Shown in pieces: positions 49,101 through 61,544 of a stretch of 64,000 nt of DNA. Numbering within the stretch: the stretch's first letter is position 1; every line of letters starts with the position of its first letter. The translations under genes and the position numbers were made by a program. The notes below the pieces were generated by a model that worked only from the letters and a program-made list of their open reading frames with translations, was not told the DNA's origin and did no database searches. This stretch comes from Nemertoderma westbladi (Eukaryota; Animalia; Xenacoelomorpha), in assembly GCA_032718475.1 (NCBI GenBank), contig JAUCBJ010006254.1, positions 2,310 through 66,309 on the forward strand. Direction: 5' to 3'.

Positions 49101-51267
49101 ATTTATCTCCCTTTCTACCCGATCAGCTGCGTTTAATTTATCTCCCTTTCTACCCGATCAGCTGCGTTTAATTTATCTCCCTTTCTACCCGATCAGCTGC
49201 GTTTAATTTATCTCCCTTTCTACCCGATCAGCTGCGTTTAATTTATCTCCCTTTCTACCCGATCAGCTGCGTTTAATTTATCTCCCTTTCTACCCGATCA
49301 GCTGCGTTTAATTTATCTCCCTTTCTACCCGATCAGCTGCGTTTAATTTATCTCCCTTTCTACCCGATCAGCTGCGTTTCATTTATCCCCCTTTCTACCC
49401 GATCAGCTGCGTTTAATTTATCTCCCTTTCTACCCGATCAGCTGCGTTTAATTTATCTCCCTTTCTACCCGATCAGCTGCGTTTAATTTATCTCCCTTTC
49501 TACCCGATCAGCTGCGTTTAATTTATCTCCCTTTCTACCCGATCAGCTGCGTTTAATTTATCTCCCTTTCTACCCGATCAGCTGCGTTTAATTTATCTCC
49601 CTTTCTACCCGATTAGCTGCGTTTAATTTATCTCCCTTTCTACCCGATCAGCTGCGTTTAATTTATCTCCCTTTCTACCCGATCAGCTGCGTTTAATTTA
49701 TCTCCCTTTCTACCCGATCAGCTGCGTTTAATTTATCTCCCTTTCTACCCGATCAGCTGCGTTTAATTTATCTCCCTTTCTACCCGATCAGCTGCGTTTC
49801 ATTTATCCCCCTTTCTACCCGATCAGCTGCGTTTAATTTATCTCCCTTTCTACCCGATCAGCTGCGTTTAATTTATCTCCCTTTCTACCCGATCAGCTGC
49901 GTTTAATTTATCTCCCTTTCTACCCGATTAGCTGCGTTTAATTTATCTCCCTTTCTACCCGATCGGCTGCGTTTAATTTATCTCCCTTTCTACCCGATTA
50001 GCTGCGTTTAATTTATCTCCCTTTCTACCCGATCAGCTGCGTTTAATTTATCTCCCTTTCTACCCGATCAGCTGCGTTTAATTTATCTCCCTTTCTACCC
50101 GATCAGTTGCGTTTAATTTATCTCCCTTTCTACCCGATCAGCTGCGTTTAATTTATCTCCCTTTCTACCCGATCAGCTGCGTTTAATTTATCTCCCTTTC
50201 TACCCGATCAGCTGCGTTTAATTTATCTCCCTTTCTACCCGATCAGCTGCGTTTAATTTATCTCCCTTTCTACCCGATCAGCTGCGTTTAATTTATCTCC
50301 CTTCCTACCCGATCAGCTGCGTTTAATTTATCTCCCTTTCTACCCGATCAGCTGCGTTTAATTTATCTCCCTTTCTACCCGATCAGCTGCGTTTAATTTA
50401 TCTCCCTTTCTATCCGATCAGCTACGTTTAATTTATCTCCCTTTCTACCCGATCAGCTGCGTTTAATTTATCCCCTTTCTACCCGATCAGCTGCGTTTAA
50501 TTTATCTCCCTTTCTATCCGATCAGCTGCGTTTAATTTATCTCCCTTTCTACCCGATCAGCTGCGTTTAATTTATCCCCCTTTCTACCCGATCAGCTGCG
50601 TTTAATTTATCCCCCTTTCTACCCGATCAGCTGCGTTTAATTTATCTCCCTTTCTACCCGATCAGCTGCGTTTAATTTATCTCCCTTTCTACCCGATTAG
50701 CTGCGTTTAATTTATCTCCCTTTCTACCCGATCAGCTGCGTTTAATTTATCTCCCTTTCTACCCGATTAGCTGCGTTTAATTTATCTTCCTTTCTACCCG
50801 ATCAGCTGCGTTTAATTTATCTTCCTTTCTACCCGATCAGCTGCGTTTAATTTATCTCCCTTTCTACCCGATCAGCTGCGTTTAATTTATCTCCCTTTCT
50901 ACCCGATCAGCTGCGTTTAATTTATCTCCCTTTCTACCCGATCAACTGCGTTTAATTTATCTCCCTTTCTATCCGATCAGCTGCGTTTAATTTATCTCCC
51001 TTTCTACCCGATCAGCTGCGTTTAATTTATCTCCCTTTCTACCCGATCAGCTGCGTTTAATTTATCTCCCTTTCTACCCGATCAGCTGCGTTTAATTTAT
51101 CTCCCTTTCTACCCGATCAGCTGCGTTTAATTTATCTCCCTTTCTACCCGATTAGCTGCGTTTAATTTATCTTCCTTTCTACCCGATCAGCTGCGTTTAA
51201 TTTATCTCCCTTTCTACCCGATCAGCTGCGTTTAATTTATCTCCCTTTCTACCCGATCAGCTGCGTT
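37124..51267. repeat. 35-bp satellite, right arm (~14.1 kb, roughly 400 units)
   Basis: Same unit as 23804-24697. Variant-rich edges; essentially invariant core at ~45150-49370. Confidence 0.97.
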
Positions 51268-52476
51268 CTCCCTCGAAACACTACGTGGATCGATCAATCA
51301 CTAACCTCAGGAAAAACTCCATATCTCCGTCGGTGTTTCAAAAGCAAAGATTTCTGGTAAGATATTAGTCACAAATACTTTATTACTAAAATGATAACTT
51401 CTCAAATAAAATATTACTTTCAGGGTAAATTCATAATGACTACATTAAGCACAAACTCAGCACAAACAATAAAATTCGTAATGAAAAAAAAAGGTAATCT
51501 TGCATTAGAATATAAGATAACAAACCTGCACATCCGTGCGACATAGGTATCGCATTATAAGTATAATGCAGAGGCTCAATTGATTTGCATAAAACAATGC
51601 AGACACAATGACTGCAATGATGTCGCATAAACTAGACTAGAATAGTTGGAAATAAGTAGATGAATCCAAGGATTCATCTTTATTAAAATCGTTGTTTTAA
51701 CAGCTATAGTATTAAATTGCACCCACAATTAATTAATTAACACATAAATTACCTATGTATTCGTGGGTAATCCATTACAATTGACACGTAGCTAATTGTT
51801 GAAACTCAAAGCCGAGTTTCCGCAGCGGAAAAATAAAATAAAAATAAATTTAGTATCCAATAAAATAAAAAGTATAATATGGATATATTATGAATACTTA
51901 TTCCAATATTAATAGAAGTATTATAGAGATTTATAGTTCCTAATATTATCAATTAAACTGGGTAATTAACAAATATCTAACCAACTATTTAACATTGCAG
52001 GGCAATTATTTATACCAACAAAATATAAAAGCAATTATATTATAAAATATCAATCGAGTTCGCGAGCTGCAAACCAATTCAGTCAGAAGGAGAGGTGTCT
52101 GAGTTCGAGTTCGAGCATCGCAAATAAATAAAAAAGAACAATAAATATACACCAACCAATTAGTAATAGTTAGAAGCGAAAATCAATATGTCGCAGTGAA
52201 AGTTTATTCGACACGGGAACCAAACTTAGAACTTCTGCTAGAGTAAATCGAAACATCCATCATGTATTTACTCGTTCTTTCGGAATATTATTGTTCAATA
52301 TTTAACTGGTTTCTTTACGCAACGTGTTTGTAAATGTTTGGGTGTGGTGCGGCCCATCAGGCGGTAGAGTAGCTACTGTTGGCGGCTCACGCACCAACAA
52401 ATACAGCACACAATCGGGATAAATATAAAACAACAAGGAGATAATTACTCTAGACAGACAGACAGGAACAGCGGCG

Positions 52477-54545
52477 TCACAGGGTGTGTTCGTCCAATCC
52501 TAGACTGGCTGCACCCCCGACTAGAGCGTTAACAACATCGTCGTCGTCATCGTTACCGGATGAGGGGTTGTCAGACTCGGATTGCGGTTCGTCGAGATCT
52601 TCCAAGGAGAAGTGGAGGATCTCCTTAATGACGACGGGGAGGTTGTGAGACTGTTGTTGTAGCTGGAGGAAGAGGGACTCGGCCTTAACGAGAATCGATT
52701 CCACATCCAGCCTCATCGAGAGCTCGTTAATGTGTTTGAGAATCTCGTTGAAACCATAGTTCTTGGAGATCATGGTGTCCTTCTCCTGCAGGAGTATAGC
52801 CAACGAGAACAAAAGATGGAAGTTCTTACAGGGTAAGTCGGTGAATAAGACTTCCCATAGGAGCATCGTGTCCGGGAAAGAGAACTCCCGCTTAAATAGG
52901 ATGAGGAGCCATCGGAAACAGAAGAAGAGGTTGGAGGACTCCTTGCGTTCCAGGTAGTCGTAGAGGGCGGGGTCGATGTGGTTGATCAGCAGGTTGAGTT
53001 GGTCCAACTGGGTCCGCATTCCGGTCTGGTCGATCTCGAAGTTCCGATGTATCCGCTCCATCAGTCCCACGAAGCACCAGAAGGTGTCCACCTCCTCGCG
53101 TTGCACCACTAGGATCACGCTGAGGAGGTCCGACATGCCCTGCACGTAGCCGAGGTCGAAGTCGTACATACAGTAGGTCATTAGGACGTCGTGGAGGGTG
53201 GCGAGGTTGGGTGAGTTCTCCCCGGAGTAGTGCGAGTGCGTGCGGTCCGTTCGCATCACGTCCTTCTCGATTAGGGACTTGCGCTCCCGAATGTACTGGT
53301 TACGGTATTCCTGTTCTGGGGTCATCGACTTCCACTGCAGTTTCATCGAGTAGTAGAATTCCTGGAAGACGGAGATATAAGTAAAAAATATGTCAAACCG
53401 TAACCAACATTTAGTTGTTTTGCTTAAAGCCTAATTGTTTATTCCTAACCCAATTACCCTGGAATCCGGGAGCTAAGGAATTACAATTATTTTCTAAAGA
53501 AGTTGAATTAAGAAAATAAACACATAATAATTACCTGTCGTTGTTTCACGTGTTCCTCCCGTTCCTTACCGACTACGTTCCAAGGAATGTAACCGAGTAG
53601 GAACTTCCACCCCTCGTTCCTCGCGTCCTCCCGAAGTCCCCCTCGGAACACCGAGTCGAGAACGCGGGAACGATCCAGACCGGTGGCGGGATTCGAGTAC
53701 CTCATCCAGCGATCGAGCGAGATGGTGGGGCCCCGGACCACGTCGATGTCCGGACCCAGATCGAGGTCCGGACGGGAGACCAACTCGAACTCCTTGAGGT
53801 CGGGTGGGTTGGGGGGCGGTTCGAGAGGGAAGGCGGGGTCCCCTGTCTGCGGAGGAGAGCGATGAGTAGGCCCGCGTCCCCACACCAAGTCCTTAACTTT
53901 TGAGAACGAGGCGAGCGTGGCGGGAACGGGATCGTTAAAAAATCGCGTTACGAGGTTAGAGGAAGTATCGACGTCGAATAAACTCAACTCGTTGAAAGAC
54001 TCCGAAAGAGCCTCCCGATTGTGTGGCGCTACGTTGAACAGCCGTCGGTCCTGGAACGATCTCTTCATGCTGACGTACTTCGCCATGCCTCGCATCATCT
54101 CGCGAGAACCGCCGTTGTGAAATGCGAATTCCGGAAGGGAAGATCCGTCTCGGAGGGTGAAGGTTAAACTAGCCCAACCCTGGGTTGGAGAGGATCTCTT
54201 AACACTCTTCAGATTGTTAAACCCGAATCTGACTATATTGTGGTCGTTCACGAGTTTCCTGTTGCTAAGAGGCCCGGGTGACACAGTGTCGCCTAGGTCG
54301 GACTTCTTAAAGGACATCGAGGTTACCATAGTCCAGTCCGCGGACGAAGGGGGTCCCGTAACCGTTACAACGTCACCGTAACCCGGGTCGATCGAGTCAT
54401 CCTCATCCTCGTAATCGGCTGAGAGCCAGACAACCAAAGGGCCGCGCTGGGAAGTCTCCTCGATCCGAATGCGGCCGCCCTGCAGAGAGTACTGCGGCTG
54501 AGATTGGATGAAAACGCCGTCCTTCTCAAATACAACAGACATCAT
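52477..54545 (-). CDS. TBC1D15: TBC1 domain family member 15/17 (Rab7 GAP, Gyp7-like); exons 54545-53535 and 53361-52477 (~631 aa)
   Basis: N-terminal VVFEKDGVFI; LPEFAFHNGG; VFRGGL...WKFLLGY. Phase-0 intron CAG|GTAATT...TTCCAG|GAA. Then YYSMKLQWKS, IEKDVMRTDR (Arg finger), YVQGMSDLLS (Gln finger) and FCFRWLLILFKREF. Confidence 0.9.
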
Positions 54546-55803
54546 TTAAACATTATAACTTTAAATATCGATATTAAACTTTAATTAAACTACTTTTACA
54601 CTTCTTATTTCAGTATTTTTCGAATTATATAATCTGGGAGTCTGGTACCGTAAATTACTGAATTATGAATAATAGCTGTGCCCTACTGATTGGATAATTG
54701 TTTACTGTTGGTTAAGCTGGTAATCTGTACGGTACCGGTACTGATGACGTTGATGTATGAAGTATGTGCGTAGCACTGTCTGACTACTAATGTTTGTACA
54801 ACGATCAGTACACGAGATCAGTTATATCATCACAATGTAATTTTATTACACAAACATGACAGATGATAGGACCATTTAATCCAATATGTAAATAATGCTG
54901 ATATGGTTGCCACTTGCCAGACTTTTGGTTGCAGCACGTTGAGCAGGGCACACACGCAGAAATTAATCATCAGCTAAATTCGTAATTAGCCGAATAAAAT
55001 TTTATAATTGTTATGATTACATTGGTAGTAACTCACTAAACACGAGTGCACATGGCTGTAAAATTGGCAGACTCGAGATGCTGCTATTACGTTGCTTACA
55101 GATTTGTTGAAAAATATTCCCAAAGTAAACACAATTAAATGTAACAAGACATTGATCAAGGTACATAGAGATTCCAAGTCCAACGTTTTGTATTTTGTAT
55201 TTAGAACTGTCTTTCACTAATTTTCAGGTATTTATTTGTTTTTGCTTTGAAAATGATTATTGTTTAATAAATCGAAACGTCAGCTGTTTTTTAGAATCTT
55301 TATTTCTCAAATCATGAAGTTTAAGCTATTTGCGCTGTTTATTGTTGCCTTAATAAGTCCAACGTTCTACCAACTTCGCCACTGCGACTGCGCCGTATGA
55401 AGCATTATAAAACTAAAACCACAACAACAACGGAGTGAATACTAGCGGTCTCCCTATGCGGACCTGAAACATCATAAAGTGGGAGTCAAAATTTAGGAGG
55501 GAAATTTAAATTATTTTGATTTCAATAGGATACTTAATTTGCAATATCGCCGGGATGTTTGGAAGTACTTTATCTGTAGGTGTGTCGAGGCGCTATAAAT
55601 ACTCCGTTCCAGGGGTTGCAAATAACTTAACCTACAATTATTTTTTTTATTTACCTGGTGTCCATTCCCATGGATTCCAGCGTATGGCAAAGTTTTCGAC
55701 TCAAAGACAAACCGTCAATGAGTTTATTTGGAGAGTTTCTTCAGGGCCTATTTTAAAATAATAAATTAGTTTATTCCAATTAAACCAAGACCGTTAGGAC
55801 CAT

Positions 55804-56246
55804 TCCCGGGGTACGCAGCAAACTTCGCCCGCGTCTAATCTTGGCCCGGCCCGGAGCAATCTTCGCCCTCAAAATGGGCGTCTATCGCCCGGCGGAAACA
55901 TTCGCCCGCGAGCAGCCTTCGCCCAATAAACAATTATTGTTTTGGTTAGAAAAAGCCGTCTCTGTAACCTGCTCCTTTCCCGCAATTAGTAACACCATCG
56001 TTTATTGTTTTGGTTAGAAAAAGCCGTCTCTGTAACCTACTACATTCCCTCAATTTGTTACTAAAATGGTTACTAACACAAACTTATTGGGCGAAGGTTG
56101 CTCGCGGGCGAAGATTGCCTTGCGGGCTAAGGTTTTCCCCGAGCGAAGATTGGACCCGGGTGAAGGTTGTAGGCGGGCGAAGATTGCACCCAACCATTCC
56201 TGGGCCAGGTAAGGCATGAAGGTGAGTGTAATTGCGTACCGCGGGA
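55804..56246. mobile_element. MITE-like foldback element carrying two copies of the 68-bp repeat unit
   Basis: Ends tcccggggtacgca / tgcgtaccgcggga. Inner inverted pair cgcccgcgagcagccttcgcccaataa / ttattgggcgaaggttgctcgcgggcg, plus many ttcgccc/gggcgaa subrepeats. The centre matches the unit at 1-395. Confidence 0.75.
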
Positions 56247-56875
56247 TCCCTCAACCTGTACTGAGCGGCACCGATGCTGAAGCTGACCTATCAGTATAAG
56301 AATTCTGTTACCGCCACCGCAATGCAATTAGAGAAAGCAATGTGTGATAATTTATCCCTATCCGCAACCTGGGAAACGGCCACAAAGAACTGTTTACTCT
56401 GCAAAGGGATTGGTCAATTACAGTCAGTAGGTCAATAAGTCTGTCAATCAGGTCATTAATATTTCTAAAAATTAAACAACAAACTGCGAATGAATATAAA
56501 TATGAATAACGAGCATAATCTCCTTACACTTTCCTATTTTTATATTTACAAATAATAATTATACATAGATTATAGATAGATAATAAATTAGTTCTCAAAA
56601 TTAGTGACATAATTAATTACAATTAATAACATCTGACTTCATACAATCACATTTTAAATATATATTATAAATAATTTTAGATTTAAATTCGAAAGTTGAA
56701 ACATTATTTCATTCGGTGGTTTAAACGTGACTCGTAACTTTATAAGATACTGATCACTTTATATTACAACTATATTCACATCATATTAAAATGAATGTAA
56801 ATATTTAAATTTTCACATAACATCGTGGGTATTCTATAGCTACTTAATAGCTTTAGTATAGTTAGGAGACATTAG

Positions 56876-59713
56876 CTATGCTACTATAATATCTTGAATA
56901 TAATAATAAAATCTGGTTAATATTGGCCAATAATCTGTAGCCATCCGAAACACTGAATTATCTTTGTTCAAAAATATTTTGAGCAACAAATTGTACTGCC
57001 CGGGTAACGCAATACCTACAAAGTACACCACAGATTCGGTGGCGATATCTGAGGACGGATCGGGGTGGGATTCATCCGTATGGGATGTCTTGCCTACGAG
57101 GAAACGTCCCAGATGGGTCAGCACATTGGGTTCGCTTACACTCCGTCCGTAGGGAACCACACAGACCGACTCCATAGACTGACCGCCCTCGGTGGCACAC
57201 TGCTCGGAATCCGCCTCGATCCACTGCCACAACTCGTGGAACACCTGCGCGAGACCGCCGCAGGAGGGCTCCGCCAACGGAAGGAAGAGATCCGACAAGG
57301 AAACCGCGACGGGAGGCATCGAGAAGCAGACCGTAGTGCCGCGTCTACTAGTAGCCGTGCACGCGCAGGCTATCTGCACCGGGACGGGGTACGGAAGAAC
57401 CAGAGAGATTCCCAGAGGTACCGGCGACTCGGAGAACCTAACGCTCGAAATAACTCGATCGTCTACTCGGCAATCCTCCCTGGATAAAACGAACTTCAAC
57501 TCGACGCCGAATAATATTTGGAATTCCTCAATTTCCTTAAATACCGGGTTAAAAATCAATTGGCAATTCAATTCAAATTCCATAAATAAATTTGATTCCT
57601 TAACGAATCTAAGATAGGAAGAAAGAATTGGGCTTTTAAACTCGGAATTTTCTTCCATTACGTTTAATCGACTCAAATCATCAACTTTGTTATCAACTTT
57701 ATTTATAAATAACAAAGAATCTTTTAATATTTTAAATTTGTTTTCTATTTCTTTTGCGTCGCTTCCGAGTTCGTAAAGATTCCGGGACACGACGTTTGAG
57801 ATATCCTCGGAATCCGACGAAAATGCTGCGACTTTTGGGCGGGAAAGGAGGAATATCTGTTTGTGGCAGAACTCCGCGCGATCTCTGACGTCATGATCGG
57901 GCCATCGGGTCGCTATCCGGAGGAGGAGTCGGGAGACGTCGTCCATCACCGGAAGCAGCCGGTACAACCGGATGAGTACCCGGAAAACCCGCAGTAACCG
58001 GCAACCGGAAGACCAGTCGGAATCCGAGATGAATTGATCCGTTAAAACGCGACGGAAAAAATCCAAAACTAATTTAGGGGTAACTTGGGAGCTCTCTAAA
58101 GCGACAACAAAAGCATCTATATGAAAGGGGAATCCCAAAGCGAAATCATTAGAATTGAGAGACACAATGTAATTAATATTACTCTTAATTAATTCGTTTG
58201 CGATTTTATGTTTATTGTTTTTCCTGAGACTCTGCATGAGATGTAAAGCAAAGGGCGTAAAGGTACAGTTGAGTCGCGGTAAGTATTTAATTATCGTTAG
58301 AAAATCCTTGACTACATAGCGAGAGTCGGTGGATTCATCGCCACACAGAATGCACAACTCCTCGTACAAACTGCTGCTCATCCAACCGGCAACTCCAGAA
58401 CAAACAGCGGTGAATATAAGCGCCAAACATTTAAGCGTTTGTTTCATATACTCGGCGCTGTTATTCGAGTGCAAAGCGACGAATGTTTCGGCTAAGAACA
58501 AATTATCGTTTAAGCGAATAGTTTTGGGCAGAACGTCCGCATTGGCGACTATCCAGGCCCAGACTAGTCGTCTGTGTGCCGCGGACAGCTCCTGCTGGTT
58601 CGAGTAGGTCTGTAGGAAAGCCCAACTCGATTCCACGTTCAAACTGCTCCACGAGATGTCGATTAAACACAAGTTGATCGCGGTTTTCAGGAAGGCCAAG
58701 TTATCCGAGGTGGACGCCTCGCTCAGCAGAGCGTCGAATCGCGTGCTGGACATGTCCGGGACGAAACGAAGAAGCGAAGTTACGCAATCCATAACGAAAC
58801 ATATTGTCTCCGTGTTGGAACTCACCAAGTTCTCATTTATTACGTGAACGATGTTTCTCAAGGGTTTTAAATTTAGCCCAGAAGGAAGAATTTGGTTTGT
58901 TTTCGATTCTGATTGGAAGTTAATAATATCTTCGGTGAATTTCGAAAGTTTAAAATGTTTCGAGGAATCGGATCCACCTCGACTACTGGTCAATGCATCG
59001 AGGCTTTGTTGGACACGAGACGAGTTCCTAGAGGAATGGAATTCGAGGGAGAATTTTATCACGGAATGATTTAAAACGTCGGCCAATAAAGTAATCAGGT
59101 GTTGCAGAACAATACAGTCTTCCTCCTCAGCTATCAGTCGGCAAATAAATGATACTTGGGGCGTCAGTGTAGACGGGTACGTCTCCTCGAAACGCCGTAA
59201 ACAATGGGCAGCCGAGCGTCGTAACAAAACAATACCTTGTTTGGTGGTGTCAGTCTGTCCCAAAGTGTCCAACAAAATCTGTCCGAATTTCTGAAACACT
59301 TTAGGATTGCAACGTTTGCGACATATAATCACGTTGGTTATACAATAAATAAAACGCGAAATAAACTTAGAGACGGATTCCTGTTTGCCTATACCAACAC
59401 TACTGCTATCGGATCGTTTTGATAGTTGCTCAACGATTACATTAACGAAGTTCTCCAAAATTCGCTCAAAATCATCCCCCCCACGAATAAAAGTATCGTC
59501 CTCTTGAACGATTTCAATCAGTTCCGTTTTAACATCCACACTGACATGCCGAGAAACTATTCCCTGGACAACATCGGGAGCTCTGAGCTTGGTCGCGTCG
59601 GTTATTGGTGTAGCCAACCCCGCGCCAATGTCGCCATTTTGGGACCTCCGATGTGACGCGATCTTAGTCTGCCAACAAACGTCTGAATCTTTGTTTACAA
59701 CGTCCATCAGCAT
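56876..59713 (-). CDS. AP5B1: AP-5 adaptor complex subunit beta-1, single exon (945 aa)
   Basis: Alpha-solenoid-like Leu-rich protein. Motifs resembling AP5B1 from memory: AAHCLRRFEETYP, DHDVRDRA, VSLSDLFLPL, FHELWQ, ALPGQYNLLL and C-terminal TDYWPIL. Confidence 0.7.
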   Translation of the reverse strand: MLMDVVNKDSDVCWQTKIASHRRSQNGDIGAGLATPITDATKLRAPDVVQGIVSRHVSVDVKTELIEIVQEDDTFIRGGDDFERILENFVNVIVEQLSKRSDSSSVGIGKQESVSKFISRFIYCITNVIICRKRCNPKVFQKFGQILLDTLGQTDTTKQGIVLLRRSAAHCLRRFEETYPSTLTPQVSFICRLIAEEEDCIVLQHLITLLADVLNHSVIKFSLEFHSSRNSSRVQQSLDALTSSRGGSDSSKHFKLSKFTEDIINFQSESKTNQILPSGLNLKPLRNIVHVINENLVSSNTETICFVMDCVTSLLRFVPDMSSTRFDALLSEASTSDNLAFLKTAINLCLIDISWSSLNVESSWAFLQTYSNQQELSAAHRRLVWAWIVANADVLPKTIRLNDNLFLAETFVALHSNNSAEYMKQTLKCLALIFTAVCSGVAGWMSSSLYEELCILCGDESTDSRYVVKDFLTIIKYLPRLNCTFTPFALHLMQSLRKNNKHKIANELIKSNINYIVSLNSNDFALGFPFHIDAFVVALESSQVTPKLVLDFFRRVLTDQFISDSDWSSGCRLLRVFRVLIRLYRLLPVMDDVSRLLLRIATRWPDHDVRDRAEFCHKQIFLLSRPKVAAFSSDSEDISNVVSRNLYELGSDAKEIENKFKILKDSLLFINKVDNKVDDLSRLNVMEENSEFKSPILSSYLRFVKESNLFMEFELNCQLIFNPVFKEIEEFQILFGVELKFVLSREDCRVDDRVISSVRFSESPVPLGISLVLPYPVPVQIACACTATSRRGTTVCFSMPPVAVSLSDLFLPLAEPSCGGLAQVFHELWQWIEADSEQCATEGGQSMESVCVVPYGRSVSEPNVLTHLGRFLVGKTSHTDESHPDPSSDIATESVVYFVGIALPGQYNLLLKIFLNKDNSVFRMATDYWPILTRFYYYIQDIIVA

Positions 59714-60366
59714 CGGTTTATAACTAACCGTGTAAATTCAATTATTTAGTTCAGCAGCAAATGGAGGGAACTGTAATCAAAATACATTGCATACCATACC
59801 TGCGTTCATCTATTAGCAGCATACAGAGTAGGCCTACCGTAATCATAGTATAGACTGTGCTGTGCAGAAGGCTGGAAGGCCTAATGCAAACTACAATGAT
59901 AAGAATTATAACTTCCAGTTGTAAATAAGTACAGTAATACCGGTGTATATATTTAATTAATCCGCAACCAATTAAGGTCATTGGAACTATATGATACTAG
60001 TAATGCACCGTACCCAAATAATTCTAATAATTTATTGCATTTTAATTAATTACTAACAATTTTTAATTCGACACAAATTTATATTTCACAAAAATTTTAA
60101 ATCGCGCGTTTTTGGCTTCATTGATATATTGAGACAAATTGATCAGACCTACATTGCTACATTTAGAAGAAACAGTGAGTAATTAACGAAACTTATACAT
60201 AGAGGGAGAACTGTTTTATTGTAAACCTAAAAACTGTGCCCGAATATCAGAATAAGCATCACAACCTCATAAAAAGTGATATTCATCATCTACCTCCTAC
60301 CTAGAACAAAAAACGCAAACGATTATATCTGGAAATGTTGTACCATCTCCCAGATTCAATACTTAG

Positions 60367-60524
60367 CCGTCCGTCCGTCCGTCCGTCCGTCCGTCCGTCC
60401 GTCCGTCCGTCCGTCCGTCCGTCCGTCCGTCCGTCGTCCGTCCGCCGTCCGTCCGTCCGTCCGTCCGTCCGTCCGTCCGTCCGTCCGTCCGTCCGTCCGT
60501 CCGTCCGTCCGTCCGTCCGTCCGT
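60367..60524. repeat. (CCGT)n microsatellite
   Basis: About 39 near-perfect tetramers. Confidence 0.97.
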
Positions 60525-60567
60525 TGCATAAGTTTATTAACATAAGTTTGTTAAGTGTATCTGCTTT

Positions 60568-60750
60568 GGCCCGAATGCTTTAAGGAACTACCCAGGGCAT
60601 CTATGCCTTGCATCCTTAAATACTGTAGTATCTAAATGAGTATTGGAGTTTCCTTTGGGAGTTATAGTTCGGGGGGGACCGCACTGGAAGTCGTCAGACT
60701 TAGTGCGTAATCCCTGGCGTAACGGCCGAAGTAAACTTTACTTTACCTTG
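60568..60750 (+). mobile_element. 3' part of a SINE, same family as 20640-20820, with a (CTTTA)n-like tail
   Basis: Shared cgaatgcttt, ccagggc, ccttgcatccttaaat and taacggccgaag; tail aaactttactttacctt. Confidence 0.6.
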
Positions 60751-61544
60751 AAAAAATCATTGTACTTTTGCTGAAGGGGGGGGGGGGGGGCGTGGGGCAT
60801 CACTTTTTATAGGCCAAATTTGTAGATTTTTTCTGCAGAATTTCATGGTGATTCCGAATATGTCAGTTATTACTTCTTATCATGTTTCGTTTTACAGATA
60901 TGACGATTTTACTATTGTATGTTTTCAAAAAAATTAAAATGAACAATATTTAACTGAAAAAATGTGCGAGGTTCCCCTACCTAGACAAACATCTGCAAAC
61001 GTCTACCTCAATGATTGCGGCAATAGAAAAATCCTTTCTCCGCTCCCTTATCACCGAATTTTGGGCTTCCCTAATTTCGCTTCGCCTACATAACACCTCA
61101 GAGTAGACTCCATTAAAGGCTTGCAGACCAACATACCTCTCGTACTGATCCTCTATATTTGGCGAGAGCTCTCTCCATATAGGCCACCCAGGCGTGTCAG
61201 CCTCAACTCAGGAATTCCATCCCAGACTTAACTGAAACACGGGAAAGGTGATGTTTTAGAGCGTTTTAGAACAGGAAAGGTGAGATTTCGACGCAATCTA
61301 AATTCATCCTCCAGGGGAAAATTGAATTCAAATGACAGAATTCAAGTAACACCTGATTTTTCTTCAGCAACAAGTATCACATCGTGTGGGTAGTCCAGCT
61401 CCAGAAACAAGTTACTCCGTGTGAGGGGAGCCTATAATACTCATATCTCAGGAACTGTAATTAGTGTAATTATGATCCAAATTTTACAAGTTTATAAACA
61501 TATTTCATTTGGAATCCTTGCAACTTATATTCGTCCTGTCGACA

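Noticed and set aside
37124-51267. 35-bp repeats as a CRISPR array
   Set aside because: The units are contiguous with no unique spacers, there are no cas genes, and the context is eukaryotic.
53508-53534. Two separate TBC-like genes (345 aa and 289 aa ORFs)
   Set aside because: They are two exons joined by a phase-0 GT-AG intron.
52477-59713. Functional cluster of late-endosome genes (TBC1D15 next to AP5B1)
   Set aside because: Two neighbours with a shared pathway can easily be chance; no synteny evidence is available here.
60276-60583. RPSV / GRTD repeat ORFs
   Set aside because: Translations of the (CCGT)n microsatellite.
60975-61205. Stop-free minus-strand frame of ~75 codons (…LSPNIEDQYERYVGLQAFNG…)
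   Set aside because: No start codon, clear splice sites or recognisable motif; insufficient support.
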